Positions 35,689-44,889 of a stretch of DNA of 64,000 bases are shown piece by piece (positions within the stretch are counted from its first letter, which is position 1; each line of letters opens with the position of its first letter). Source of the stretch: Gammaproteobacteria bacterium (GTDB lineage: Bacteria > Pseudomonadota > Gammaproteobacteria > Steroidobacterales > Steroidobacteraceae); NCBI GenBank assembly GCA_016882265.1, contig VGVB01000008.1, forward strand, positions 5,862 to 69,861, in the 5' to 3' direction. The translations under genes and the position numbers were made by a program. The notes beneath the pieces are model-generated. The model was not told where the DNA came from. It worked only from the letters and a program-made list of their open reading frames with translations, and did no database searches.

Positions 35689-36015
35689 ATGGACTTCTTC
35701 CTGTCTCCGGCCTGGGCCCAGGCCGCGGCGCCCCAGGGCAACGTCTGGGTCAGCATGCTGCCGCTGGTGCTGATCTTCGTCGTGTTCTACTTCCTGCTGA
35801 TCCGGCCGCAGACGAAGCGGGCCAAGGAGCACCGCGAGATGGTCGGCCGGCTGGCCAGCGGCGACGAGGTCGTCACCAGCGGCGGCATCCTCGGCCGGGT
35901 CACCGAGGTCGGCGAGGTCTTTATCACGCTCGAGGTCGCCCCCGGCGTCGCGCTGCGCGTGCAGAAGGTGCAGGTCGGGCAGTTGATGCCGAAGGGCACG
36001 CTGAAGGGCGCCTGA
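35689..36015 (+). CDS. yajC: Preprotein translocase subunit YajC
   Basis: FYFLLIRPQ...GDEVVTSGGILG; lies between tgt and secD. Confidence 0.95.
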   Translation: MDFFLSPAWAQAAAPQGNVWVSMLPLVLIFVVFYFLLIRPQTKRAKEHREMVGRLASGDEVVTSGGILGRVTEVGEVFITLEVAPGVALRVQKVQVGQLMPKGTLKGA

Positions 36016-36036
36016 GCCGGCTGGGGCCGCACCGCA

Positions 36037-37884
36037 ATGCATCAGTTTCCGGCCTGGAAGAGCTGGACCGTGCTGGTGGTTCTGCTGGCCGGCCTCGTGC
36101 TGGCGCTGCCCAACGTGTTCGGCGAGTCCCCGGCGCTGCAGTTGTCGCGCAAGGACCGGGCGCCGTTCACCGAACCGGCGCTGGCGGAATTCGCCGGGCT
36201 GCTGGCCGGTGCCGGTATCGCCAGCGAGACTGTCTATCTGGACGACGGTGGCCGCCTGTGGCTGCGCTTCGGCGACGTGCCGGCACAACTCGCCGCGCGC
36301 GACCTGATCCAGCGCCAGTACGAGGGTCAGTTCGCGATCGCGACCACCTTTGCCTCGCGTGCGCCGCGCTGGCTCGGGACGCTCGGTCTCGAGCCGATGA
36401 GCCTCGGCCTCGACCTGCGCGGCGGCATCTATCTCGTTTACGAGGTGGACGTCAACGGCGCAGTTACCCAGCTCGTGCAGGTCATGGAGCGCGACCTGCG
36501 CAAGACGCTGCGCGACGCGCGCATCCAGTACGACGACGTCGCGGCCGAGGGCACGCGCGTCAGCATCCGCTTGCGCGACCCGGCGCGGCACGACGACGCG
36601 CTCGCGGCAATCCGCAAGTTCGATCCGCAGCTCGTGCTGAAGGACGGCGCGACGCCCGCGGAGCTGCTGACCGAACTGACCGAGGACCAGGTGCGCCAGC
36701 GCCAGGATTTCGCGATCCAGCAGAACATCACCGCGCTCAACAACCGGGTCAACGCGCTCGGCGTGGCCGAGCCGGTGGTGCAGCGGCAGGGCCTGAACCG
36801 GATCGCGGTGCAGTTGCCGGGCATCCAGGACGCCTCCGAGGTCGTGCGCGTGCTCGGCAAGGTCGCGACGCTGGAATTCCGGCTGGTCGATCCGGTGAAC
36901 AGCCCGCTCGAGGCGGAGCGCAGCGGCCGCACGCCGCTCGGCATGCGGCTGTACCGGCAGCGCGACGGCGGCCCGGTGCTGCTGCGCCGCGACATCATCG
37001 CCACCGGCGACCAGCTCGTCGACGCGTCGTTTGCGCCGGCCCAGGGTGAGCCGGCGGTCAGCGTCGTGCTCGACAGCCGCGGCGGCGAGGAAATGCTGCG
37101 CACGACCCGCGAGAACGTCGGCCGGCCGATGGCGGTCGTGTTCATCGAGAAGGAGCGCGAGCTGGTCGAGCGCGACGGCCGCAAGGTGGTCGTCGATCGC
37201 TCGAAGGAGGAGGTCATCAGCGTCGCGACGATCCGCGGCGTGTTCTCCAGCCGCTTTCAGATCACCGGGCTGAGCGCGGCCGAGGGCCAGGAGCTGGCCA
37301 AGCTGCTGCGCGCCGGCGCGCTGGCCGCGCCGCTGTACATCGTCGAGCAGCGCCTGATCGGCCCGAGCCTCGGCCGCGACAACATCCAGCGTGGCTACCA
37401 GGCGCTGCTGCTCGGCATGGCGGTCCTGTTCGCCTTCATGGCCGTCTACTACCGGGTGTTCGGCCTGGTCGCCTGCGCGGTGCTGGCCGCCAACGTGGTG
37501 TTGATCACCGCGCTGCTGTCCCTGTTCAAGGCGGCCCTGACCCTGCCCGGCATCGCCGGCATCGTGCTGACGGTTGGCATGGCGGTCGACGCCAATATCC
37601 TGATCTTCGAGCGCATCCGCGAGGAGCTGCGCAACGGCAGCAGTCCGGTCGCCGCGATTACTGCCGGCTTCGAGCGCGCGTTCTCGGCGATCCTCGATTC
37701 GAACGTCACGACCCTGATCGCCGGCATCATGCTGTTCGCGTTCGGCACCGGGCCGATCAAGGGCTTCGCGGTGGTGCTGAACCTCGGCATCCTGACCTCG
37801 ATGTTCACGGCGCTGGTCGGCAGCCGGGCGCTGCTGCACGTGATCTACGGCCGCCGCCGGCGCGTCGAGCGGCTGGCGATCTGA
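36037..37884 (+). CDS. secD: Protein translocase subunit SecD
   Basis: LGLDLRGG, NRVNALGVAEP, IGPSLG, LTLPGIAG, AVDANILIFERIREE. Confidence 0.97.
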   Translation: MHQFPAWKSWTVLVVLLAGLVLALPNVFGESPALQLSRKDRAPFTEPALAEFAGLLAGAGIASETVYLDDGGRLWLRFGDVPAQLAARDLIQRQYEGQFAIATTFASRAPRWLGTLGLEPMSLGLDLRGGIYLVYEVDVNGAVTQLVQVMERDLRKTLRDARIQYDDVAAEGTRVSIRLRDPARHDDALAAIRKFDPQLVLKDGATPAELLTELTEDQVRQRQDFAIQQNITALNNRVNALGVAEPVVQRQGLNRIAVQLPGIQDASEVVRVLGKVATLEFRLVDPVNSPLEAERSGRTPLGMRLYRQRDGGPVLLRRDIIATGDQLVDASFAPAQGEPAVSVVLDSRGGEEMLRTTRENVGRPMAVVFIEKERELVERDGRKVVVDRSKEEVISVATIRGVFSSRFQITGLSAAEGQELAKLLRAGALAAPLYIVEQRLIGPSLGRDNIQRGYQALLLGMAVLFAFMAVYYRVFGLVACAVLAANVVLITALLSLFKAALTLPGIAGIVLTVGMAVDANILIFERIREELRNGSSPVAAITAGFERAFSAILDSNVTTLIAGIMLFAFGTGPIKGFAVVLNLGILTSMFTALVGSRALLHVIYGRRRRVERLAI

Positions 37885-37894
37885 GGGCGGCGAC

Positions 37895-38827
37895 ATGGAG
37901 CTGTTCCACAAGGCGACCAACATCCGCTTTCTCGAGCGGCGCCGCTACTGGTATGCGGCATCGGCCCTGCTGGTCGTGCTGTCGCTGGCGGCGGTCGCGG
38001 TGCGCGGCCTCAATCTCGGCATCGACTTCACCGGCGGCGTGGTCGTCGAGATGCACTTCCCGCGGGCACCGGACCTCGACCGCCTGCGCCGGACGCTCGC
38101 GGAGACCGGGCTCGGCGAGGCCCAGGTTCAGAGCTTCGGCACGGCGCAGGACGTGCTGATCCGGGTGCCGCCGGCCGAGGGGGCCGCAGCCCGCGAGATC
38201 ACCGAGCAGGTGCGCGCGGCGGCGGCTGCGATCGATGCCGGAGCCGAGCTGCGGCGTACGGAGTCGGTCGGTCCGCAGGCCGGGCGTGAACTGGCCGAGA
38301 AAGGGGCGACCGCGCTGCTGATGGCGCTGCTGTTCATCGGCGTCTATGTGATCGCGCGCTTCCAGTGGAAGTTTGCGGTTGGCGCGATCGTGGCGGTGCT
38401 GCACGACCCGATCGTCGTGGTCGGGGTGTTCGCGCTGTCCGGCCTGACCTTCGACCTGTCGGTGCTGGCGGCAATCCTCGCCGTGATCGGCTACTCGCTG
38501 AACGACACGGTGGTCGTGTTCGACCGCGTGCGCGAGCGCCTCGTGCAGATGCGCAAGGCGACAGCGCTCGAGGTCATGGATGTCGCGATCAACGAGACCC
38601 TGTCGCGGACCCTGCTGACCTCCGGCACGACGGCCCTCGTCGTGCTGGCGCTGATCGCCTTCGGCGGACCGGCCCTGCGGCCGTTCGGCATCGCGCTGCT
38701 GACCGGCATCGTCGTCGGCACCTACTCGTCGATCTACGTGGCCGGCGCGCTGGCGCTCGACCTCGGCCTGTCGCAGCGCGACCTGATGGCGCCGGAGAAG
38801 CGCGCCGAGGTCGACAACCTGCCGTGA
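37895..38827 (+). CDS. secF: Protein translocase subunit SecF
   Basis: LGIDFTGG, HDP, IGYSLNDTVVVFDRVRE, GTYSSIYVA. Confidence 0.97.
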   Translation: MELFHKATNIRFLERRRYWYAASALLVVLSLAAVAVRGLNLGIDFTGGVVVEMHFPRAPDLDRLRRTLAETGLGEAQVQSFGTAQDVLIRVPPAEGAAAREITEQVRAAAAAIDAGAELRRTESVGPQAGRELAEKGATALLMALLFIGVYVIARFQWKFAVGAIVAVLHDPIVVVGVFALSGLTFDLSVLAAILAVIGYSLNDTVVVFDRVRERLVQMRKATALEVMDVAINETLSRTLLTSGTTALVVLALIAFGGPALRPFGIALLTGIVVGTYSSIYVAGALALDLGLSQRDLMAPEKRAEVDNLP

Positions 38828-38863
38828 AGCGGCCGCGGGATTGCCGCGGAGCGGAGTGCCACG

Positions 38864-39634
38864 ATGCTCGAACTGCTGACCGACCCGGCGGCCTGGGTCT
38901 CGTTCCTGACCCTGACGGTGCTCGAGATCGTGCTCGGCATCGACAACATCATCTTCCTGTCGATCCTGGTCTCGCGGCTGCCGAAGGCGCTGCAGCAGCG
39001 GGCGCGGCTGCTCGGGCTCGCGTTCGCGATGCTGACGCGCATCGCGCTGCTGTTTTCGATCACCTGGCTGGTACGCCTGACCACGCCGTGGTTCACGGTG
39101 CTCGGCGAGGAGATCTCCGGGCGCGACCTGATCCTGCTGATCGGCGGTCTGTTCCTGCTGGTCAAGAGCGTCAATGAGATCCACTCGGCGCTGGAGGGGC
39201 CGGAGCAACCGCTGGGCCACGGCGTGCGGCTGCGCTCGCAGGTCACCGCGGTGATCGTGCAGATCGGCCTGATCGACATCGTGTTCTCGCTCGACTCGGT
39301 CTTCACCGCGATCGGGCTGGCCCAGCACGTCGAGATCATGGTCGCGGCGATCGTGCTGGCGGTGCTGGTGATGATGCTGCTGGCGCGGCCGATCAGCGAA
39401 TTCGTCGACCGGCACCCGACCATCAAGGTGCTGGCGCTGGCGTTCCTGATCCTGATCGGCGTCGCGCTGGTGGCCGAGTCGCTGGACTTCGAGATCCCGA
39501 AGGGCTACCTGTACTTCGCGATGGCCTTCTCGATCGGCGTCGAGATGATCAACCTGCGCATCCGCCGCCGCGGCCAGCCGGTCGGGCTGCACGCCGGCCC
39601 GCGCGCACCCGGCGCGCCGCCGCCGGGCGGCTAG
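38864..39634 (+). CDS. TerC family integral membrane protein
   Basis: LEIVLGIDNIIF, DIVFSLDSV, IPKGYLYFAMAFS. Confidence 0.92.
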   Translation: MLELLTDPAAWVSFLTLTVLEIVLGIDNIIFLSILVSRLPKALQQRARLLGLAFAMLTRIALLFSITWLVRLTTPWFTVLGEEISGRDLILLIGGLFLLVKSVNEIHSALEGPEQPLGHGVRLRSQVTAVIVQIGLIDIVFSLDSVFTAIGLAQHVEIMVAAIVLAVLVMMLLARPISEFVDRHPTIKVLALAFLILIGVALVAESLDFEIPKGYLYFAMAFSIGVEMINLRIRRRGQPVGLHAGPRAPGAPPPGG

Positions 39635-40428
39635 TTGGCGAGCTCCGCGGGCACGAGCGGCGCGAACGCATCGACCAGCGCGCGATAGACGGTCGGATTG
39701 CCGGCCACGATATGGGGACCGTCCCCATATTCGCGGCCGGCGGGCGTGCCGACCAGGCCGCCGGCTTCGGTGATCAGCAGCACGCCGGCGGCCGTATCCC
39801 AGGGCGCCAGGCCGATTTCCCAGAAGCCGTCGAAGCGGCCCGCCGCGACGTAGGCCAGGTCGAGCGCAGCGGAGCCGGCGCGGCGCAGGCCGGCCGCGTG
39901 CAGCGCCACGTGTTCGAACATCGCCAGATACGGCTGCATCCAGCGCCGGTTGTCGCGGTACGGGAAGCCGGTGCCGATCAGCGCGCCGTCGAGACCGCGA
40001 TGGTTCGAGACGCGCAGTCGCCGGCCGTCGAGCAGCGCGCCGGCGCCGCGCGCCGCGGTGAAGAGCTCGCCGCGCAGCGGATCGAAGACGACGCCGGCTT
40101 CGAGCCGGCCGCGGTGGCGGCAGGCGATCGAGACCGCGAGATGCGGGAAGCCGTGCAGGAAGTTGGTGGTGCCGTCGAGCGGGTCGATGATCCACAGGTA
40201 CTCGTGGTCGCCCTGCCGGCCGCTCTCTTCGGCGAGGATCGCGTGCTGAGGATAGGCCTTGCGGATCGCGGCGATCACCTGCTGCTCGGCGGCCTGGTCG
40301 ATTTCGGTGACGAAGTCATTGCGGCTCTTCTCGCTGACCGACACGCCGCCGGCGCGGTCGAGATTGCGCGCGATCAGTTCGCCGGCCCGCCGCGCGGCGC
40401 CGACCGCGATGTTCACGAGGGGATGCAT
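39631..40428 (-). CDS. suhB: Inositol monophosphatase family protein SuhB
   Basis: DFVTEID, WIIDPLDGTTNF, RRAGSAALDL, WDTAAG, IVAGN. Confidence 0.95.
   Translation of the reverse strand: MHPLVNIAVGAARRAGELIARNLDRAGGVSVSEKSRNDFVTEIDQAAEQQVIAAIRKAYPQHAILAEESGRQGDHEYLWIIDPLDGTTNFLHGFPHLAVSIACRHRGRLEAGVVFDPLRGELFTAARGAGALLDGRRLRVSNHRGLDGALIGTGFPYRDNRRWMQPYLAMFEHVALHAAGLRRAGSAALDLAYVAAGRFDGFWEIGLAPWDTAAGVLLITEAGGLVGTPAGREYGDGPHIVAGNPTVYRALVDAFAPLVPAELAN
39710..39730. repeat. Perfect palindrome ATATGGGGAC-C-GTCCCCATAT inside suhB
   Basis: 10-bp arms around 1 nt; shares the GGGGAC core with the repeats at 11127 and 27432. Confidence 0.65.
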
Positions 40429-40524
40429 CGTCCGCTCCGGATGGCCATGGGCGCAGCACGGGCCCGCCGGGGCTGCTGCGCAGGGCGGCTAGAATAGCAG
40501 CATGCAGCAGGCGACGGGTCGGCG

Positions 40525-41718
40525 ATGAACACGGCGGCGGGGCGGCCTGTCTACCTCGACTACGCGGCGAGCGCGCCGCTCGAGCCGCGCGTCGCCGAGC
40601 TGATGTGCGCGTGCCTGCGCGATCCGGCGTTGCAGGCCAACCCGTCCGCTGTGCACCGCCCGGGACGCGCCGCCGCCGCCGTCGTCGCCCAGGCCCGGGC
40701 CCGAGTCGCGGCGCTGATCGGCGCCGGGCCGGAGGCGATCGTGTTCACCTCCGGCGCCACCGAGAGCGTGAACCTTGCCGTGCTCGGCACCGTGCGCGCG
40801 GCGCCGGCGGGCCGGGGCCACGTCGTCACGGCGCGCACCGAGCATCGTGCCGGGCTCGAGGCCTGCCGCGAGCTGGAGCGGGCCGGACATCCGGTCACCT
40901 GGCTGCGCCCGGACGCCGGCGGCCGCATCAGCGCCGCGCAGGTCGGCGCGGCGCTGCGACCGGACACGGCCCTGGTGTCGCTCATGCATGCGAACAACGA
41001 GCTCGGCGTGCTGACCGACCTCGTGGCGATCGGCCGGGCCTGCGCCGAACGCGACGTACCGCTGCACGTGGACGCGGCGCAGAGTGCGGGGCGCGTGCCG
41101 CTCGACGTGCGCGAGTCCGGGGTGGCGCTGCTCAGCTTCTGCGCGCACAAGCTGGGCGGGCCGAAGGGCATCGGCGCGCTGTACCTGCGGCGGCGGCCGC
41201 GGCCGGCGCTGCGGCCGCTGCTGTTCGGCGGTGGTCAGGAGGGCGGCCTGCGTCCGGGTACGCTGGCGACGCCGCTGATCGCCGGCTTCGGCCTGGCCTG
41301 CGAAATTGCCGTGGGCGAGATCGTGAAGGAAGAACCGCGGGTGCGGGCGCTGCGCGAGCGGCTCTGGGCCGGGCTGCAGCCGGCGGCGCCGGTCTGGCGC
41401 AACGGTGCCGCCGAACCGAGCGTGCCCGGGATCCTGAACGTCTGTTTCCCCGGCATCGAAGGCGAGAGCCTGCTGTTCGCGCTCGACGGGCAGCTCGCCG
41501 CGACCAGCGGTTCGGCCTGCAGTTCGGCCAGTGGGGAACCGTCTCCAGTGCTGACCGCAATCGGCCGTTCGGAACTCGCGGCGCAGGCCTCGCTGCGCCT
41601 GAGCCTCGGGCGCCACACGACGGCCGCGGAGGTGGACGCGGCGGCAGCGCTGCTGATCGCCGCGGTGCAGCGGCTGCGCCGGGCGGCGCCGCCGGGCGCG
41701 ATCGAGCGCATCGCCTGA
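40525..41718 (+). CDS. iscS: Cysteine desulfurase (IscS/NifS-like)
   Basis: YLDYAAS, FTSGATES, HVDAAQ, AHKLGGPKG, TSGSACSS. Confidence 0.9.
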   Translation: MNTAAGRPVYLDYAASAPLEPRVAELMCACLRDPALQANPSAVHRPGRAAAAVVAQARARVAALIGAGPEAIVFTSGATESVNLAVLGTVRAAPAGRGHVVTARTEHRAGLEACRELERAGHPVTWLRPDAGGRISAAQVGAALRPDTALVSLMHANNELGVLTDLVAIGRACAERDVPLHVDAAQSAGRVPLDVRESGVALLSFCAHKLGGPKGIGALYLRRRPRPALRPLLFGGGQEGGLRPGTLATPLIAGFGLACEIAVGEIVKEEPRVRALRERLWAGLQPAAPVWRNGAAEPSVPGILNVCFPGIEGESLLFALDGQLAATSGSACSSASGEPSPVLTAIGRSELAAQASLRLSLGRHTTAAEVDAAAALLIAAVQRLRRAAPPGAIERIA

Positions 41719-41725
41719 GGCGCGC

Positions 41726-42118
41726 ATGGAGTACTCCGAGGAAGTCCGCCGCCTGTTCGACACGCTGCCGCACTGCGGTGAACTGGCCGCCGGCGCCGGA
41801 CCGATCGTCGCCGGCGAGGCGGCCGAGCTCGAACGCGGCGCGTGGCTGCGCTTCGAGGCACGGCTTGCGGATGGCGCCATCGTCGATGCTGCGTTCCGGG
41901 CCTGGGGCTGCCCGCACACGCTGGCGGCGGCCGCGCTGACCGCGGCGCGCCTGCCCGGCTGGCGGGCCGGTACGCCGCCGCCGGTCGATGCGCGCTCGCT
42001 GGCCGGGGAACTCGCCGTGCCGGCCGACAAACTCGGGCGGCTGCTGGTGCTCGAAGATGCGCTGCAGTCGCTGCTGCGCCGCGCTTCTGAGCTACAATCG
42101 GCGCCGCCCGGGGGCTGA
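41726..42118 (+). CDS. Degenerate IscU/NifU-N-like protein
   Basis: MEYSEEV..., FRAWGCP, PADKLGRLLVLEDAL align by eye to the IscU scaffold; lies between iscS and iscA. Confidence 0.75.
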   Translation: MEYSEEVRRLFDTLPHCGELAAGAGPIVAGEAAELERGAWLRFEARLADGAIVDAAFRAWGCPHTLAAAALTAARLPGWRAGTPPPVDARSLAGELAVPADKLGRLLVLEDALQSLLRRASELQSAPPGG

Positions 42119-42142
42119 TTCCCCGCGGAGTGCCGCACCACC

Positions 42143-42466
42143 ATGGCCATCACGCTGACCGCCGCCGCTGCCGATCGGGTCCGCCGCCATCTCGCCGAGC
42201 GCGGGCGGGGCGTCGGCCTGCGCCTCGGGGTCCGCAAGACCGGCTGCTCGGGCTTCGCCTACCTGGTCAACTACGCCGAAGAAGTGCGCCCGGACGACCG
42301 GGTGTTCGAGTCCGGCGGCGTGCAGGTTGTGGTCGATCCCGAGAGCCTCGCGCTGATCGACGGCACCGAGGTGGATTTCGTGCGCCAGGGCTTCAGCGAA
42401 GCCTTCCGCTTCCGCAATCCGAACGTGCGCGGCGAGTGCGGCTGCGGCGAGAGTTTCAACGTCTGA
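42143..42466 (+). CDS. iscA: A-type Fe-S carrier
   Basis: GLRLGVRKTGCSG...NPN...CGCGESF. Confidence 0.93.
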   Translation: MAITLTAAAADRVRRHLAERGRGVGLRLGVRKTGCSGFAYLVNYAEEVRPDDRVFESGGVQVVVDPESLALIDGTEVDFVRQGFSEAFRFRNPNVRGECGCGESFNV

Positions 42467-42507
42467 CCTTCCGGTTTCCCTGTCATTCCTGATCTCGCGA
42501 GGTATCC

Positions 42508-42939
42508 ATGGCGGTTGAGCGTACCCTGTCCATCGTCAAGCCCGACGGCGTGGCTGCTAACCTGATCGGCGAGGTCTGGCGCCGCTTCGAGCAGGCGGAC
42601 CTGCGGATCGTCGCGGCGCGCATGCTGCAGTTGACGACCCCGCAGGCCGAAGGCTTCTATGCGGTCCACCGCGAGCGGCCGTTCTTTCGCGATCTGTGCA
42701 CGTACATGTGCTCGGGGCCGGTCATCGTGCAGGTACTCGAGGGCGAGAATGCGGTCGCGCGCAACCGCGAGCTGATGGGGGCCACCGATCCGAAGAAGGC
42801 GGAGCCGGGCACGATCCGCGCCGATTTCGCCCGCAGCATCGAGGAAAACGTCGTGCACGGCTCGGACAGTGTCGAGAACGCCGCGCGCGAGATCGCCTAC
42901 TTCTTCGCCGCCACCGATCTCTGCCCGCGCAGCCGCTGA
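42508..42939 (+). CDS. ndk: Nucleoside diphosphate kinase
   Basis: [26 protein letters not shown]. Confidence 0.98.
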   Translation: MAVERTLSIVKPDGVAANLIGEVWRRFEQADLRIVAARMLQLTTPQAEGFYAVHRERPFFRDLCTYMCSGPVIVQVLEGENAVARNRELMGATDPKKAEPGTIRADFARSIEENVVHGSDSVENAAREIAYFFAATDLCPRSR

Positions 42940-42944
42940 CCTCG

Positions 42945-44069
42945 ATGGACGCCGCGCCGGTCACGCCGCAGAACCTGCTCGGGCTGCCCCGCCCGGAGCT
43001 GGAGGCGTACGTCGCGACGCTGGGGGCGCGGCCCTACCGGGCGCGGCAACTGCTGCAGTGGATCTACCGCCGCGGCGCCCACCGCTTCGCCGACATGACC
43101 GACCTGGCCAAGGACTTTCGCGCCACGCTCGCGGGCACGGCCGAGGTCCGCGTCCCGGAAATTCTGCGGGCGAGCGCCTCGGCCGACGGCACGCGCAAGT
43201 GGCTGCTGCGCATGCCCGGTGCCGCGACCGCGGAGCAGGCCATCGAGACGATCTGGATCCCGGAACCCGATCGCGGCACGCTGTGCGTGTCCACGCAGAT
43301 CGGCTGTGCGCTCGACTGCGCGTTCTGCGCGACCGGGCGGCAGGGCTTCAACCGCAACCTGACCGCGGCCGAGATCATCGGCCAGGTGTGGCTGGCCAAC
43401 CGTGAGCTCGGCCGCTGGCCGGACGGCCCGCGGCTGATCACCAACGTCGTGCTGATGGGCATGGGCGAGCCGCTCGCCAACTACCGCAACGTGCTGGCGG
43501 CGCTGCGCCTGCTGCTCGACGACCTCGGCTACGACCTGTCGCGGCGCCGGGTGACGCTGTCGACTTCGGGCCTGGTGCCGCAGATCTACCGGCTCGCGCA
43601 GGACTGCAACGTCGCGCTGGCGGTGTCGCTGCACGCGCCGAACGATGCCTTGCGCGACCGGCTCGTGCCGATCAACCGGCTGCACCCGATCGCCGGGCTG
43701 CTGGCGGCCTGCTGGCACTACCTCGAGCGCCAGAATGGCCGCAGCATCACCTTCGAGTACACGCTGCTCGACGGCGTCAACGACCAGCCGGCGCTGGCCC
43801 GGGAACTGGCCGCGCTGCTGCGCGGTCATCTGGCCAAGGTGAACCTGATTCCGTTCAATCCGTTCCCCGGCACTTCGTTCCGGCGTTCGCCGCCGGCGGT
43901 CGTCGCGCGGTTCCGCGACGAGCTGGTCCGTGCCGGCCTGACGACCACCGTGCGGCGGCCGCGCGGTGACGACATCGATGCGGCCTGCGGCCAGTTGCGC
44001 GGGCGGGTGCTGGACCGGACCCAGGTCCGGCTCGGCGAGCGCGCCGGGCGCGCGGCGGTGCCGGCATGA
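42945..44069 (+). CDS. rlmN: Dual-specificity RNA methyltransferase RlmN
   Basis: CVSTQIGCALDCAFC, MGMGEP, SLHA, RGDDIDAACGQL. Confidence 0.96.
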   Translation: MDAAPVTPQNLLGLPRPELEAYVATLGARPYRARQLLQWIYRRGAHRFADMTDLAKDFRATLAGTAEVRVPEILRASASADGTRKWLLRMPGAATAEQAIETIWIPEPDRGTLCVSTQIGCALDCAFCATGRQGFNRNLTAAEIIGQVWLANRELGRWPDGPRLITNVVLMGMGEPLANYRNVLAALRLLLDDLGYDLSRRRVTLSTSGLVPQIYRLAQDCNVALAVSLHAPNDALRDRLVPINRLHPIAGLLAACWHYLERQNGRSITFEYTLLDGVNDQPALARELAALLRGHLAKVNLIPFNPFPGTSFRRSPPAVVARFRDELVRAGLTTTVRRPRGDDIDAACGQLRGRVLDRTQVRLGERAGRAAVPA

Positions 44070-44827
44070 AGCGCGCGGGCTGGTGGCCGCTGCTCGGCCT
44101 GTGCTGCTGCCTCGCGGCCGCGGCGCAGGACACCAGCCCGGCGGATCCGCGCATCGAAGCGGCGCGCATCAACACGCGGCTGGCGATGGAATACCTGAAG
44201 CTCGGCCAGCTCGCAGTCGCCCGCGACAAGATCGAGCGGGCGCTGCTGCAGAACCCGCGCGATGTCGCGGTGCAGATCGGCGCCGGACTCGTGTACGAGC
44301 GGTTGCTCGACAACCGGCGCGCCGAGCGCCATTACCGCCAGGCGCTGAAGACCGATTCGAGCCACCCCGAGGCGCAGAACGCGCTCGGCGCATTCCTGTG
44401 CCGCAATGGCGACCAGCAGCGCGGCGAGACGATGTTCGTCAGCGCGGCGCGGAATCCGCTGTATCGCACGCCCGAGGTGGCCTATACCAACGCCGGTGTC
44501 TGCGCCCGCGGCGCCGGGCGGCTCGAGCAGGCCGAAGCCTATCTGCGCCAGGCGCTGGCGCTGCGCGCGAACCACGCCGAGGCTCTGCTGCAGCTCGCCG
44601 GCGTCGCCTTCGAACGCGGCAACTACCTGTCGGCGCGGGCCTTCGTGCAGCGCTTCCTCGACTCCACCCCGGTGACCGCCGAGGTGCTGCTGCTCGGCTA
44701 TCAGGTCGAGAAGTCGCTCGGCGCCGCCCGCGCCGCCCTGGCCTTCGCCGAGCGCCTGCGGCAGGAGTTTCCCGAATCCGCGCAGCGGCGCGCACTCGAC
44801 GCCCAGACCGCGCCGACTCCGGAATGA
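44066..44827 (+). CDS. pilW: Type IV pilus biogenesis TPR protein PilW/PilF
   Basis: TPR repeats, GAFLC, NPLY..PEVAYTNAGVC; follows rlmN. Confidence 0.88.
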   Translation: MKRAGWWPLLGLCCCLAAAAQDTSPADPRIEAARINTRLAMEYLKLGQLAVARDKIERALLQNPRDVAVQIGAGLVYERLLDNRRAERHYRQALKTDSSHPEAQNALGAFLCRNGDQQRGETMFVSAARNPLYRTPEVAYTNAGVCARGAGRLEQAEAYLRQALALRANHAEALLQLAGVAFERGNYLSARAFVQRFLDSTPVTAEVLLLGYQVEKSLGAARAALAFAERLRQEFPESAQRRALDAQTAPTPE

Positions 44828-44889
44828 AGCGCGCGAATTCCGCCAGCGCGGCGCCATGGCCGGCCGCGCCGGCTGCTGAAGGCTGAGCG

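Noticed and set aside
39631..39634. Overlapping convergent stop codons (CTAG) of the TerC gene and suhB
   Set aside because: A common compact arrangement with no further signal.
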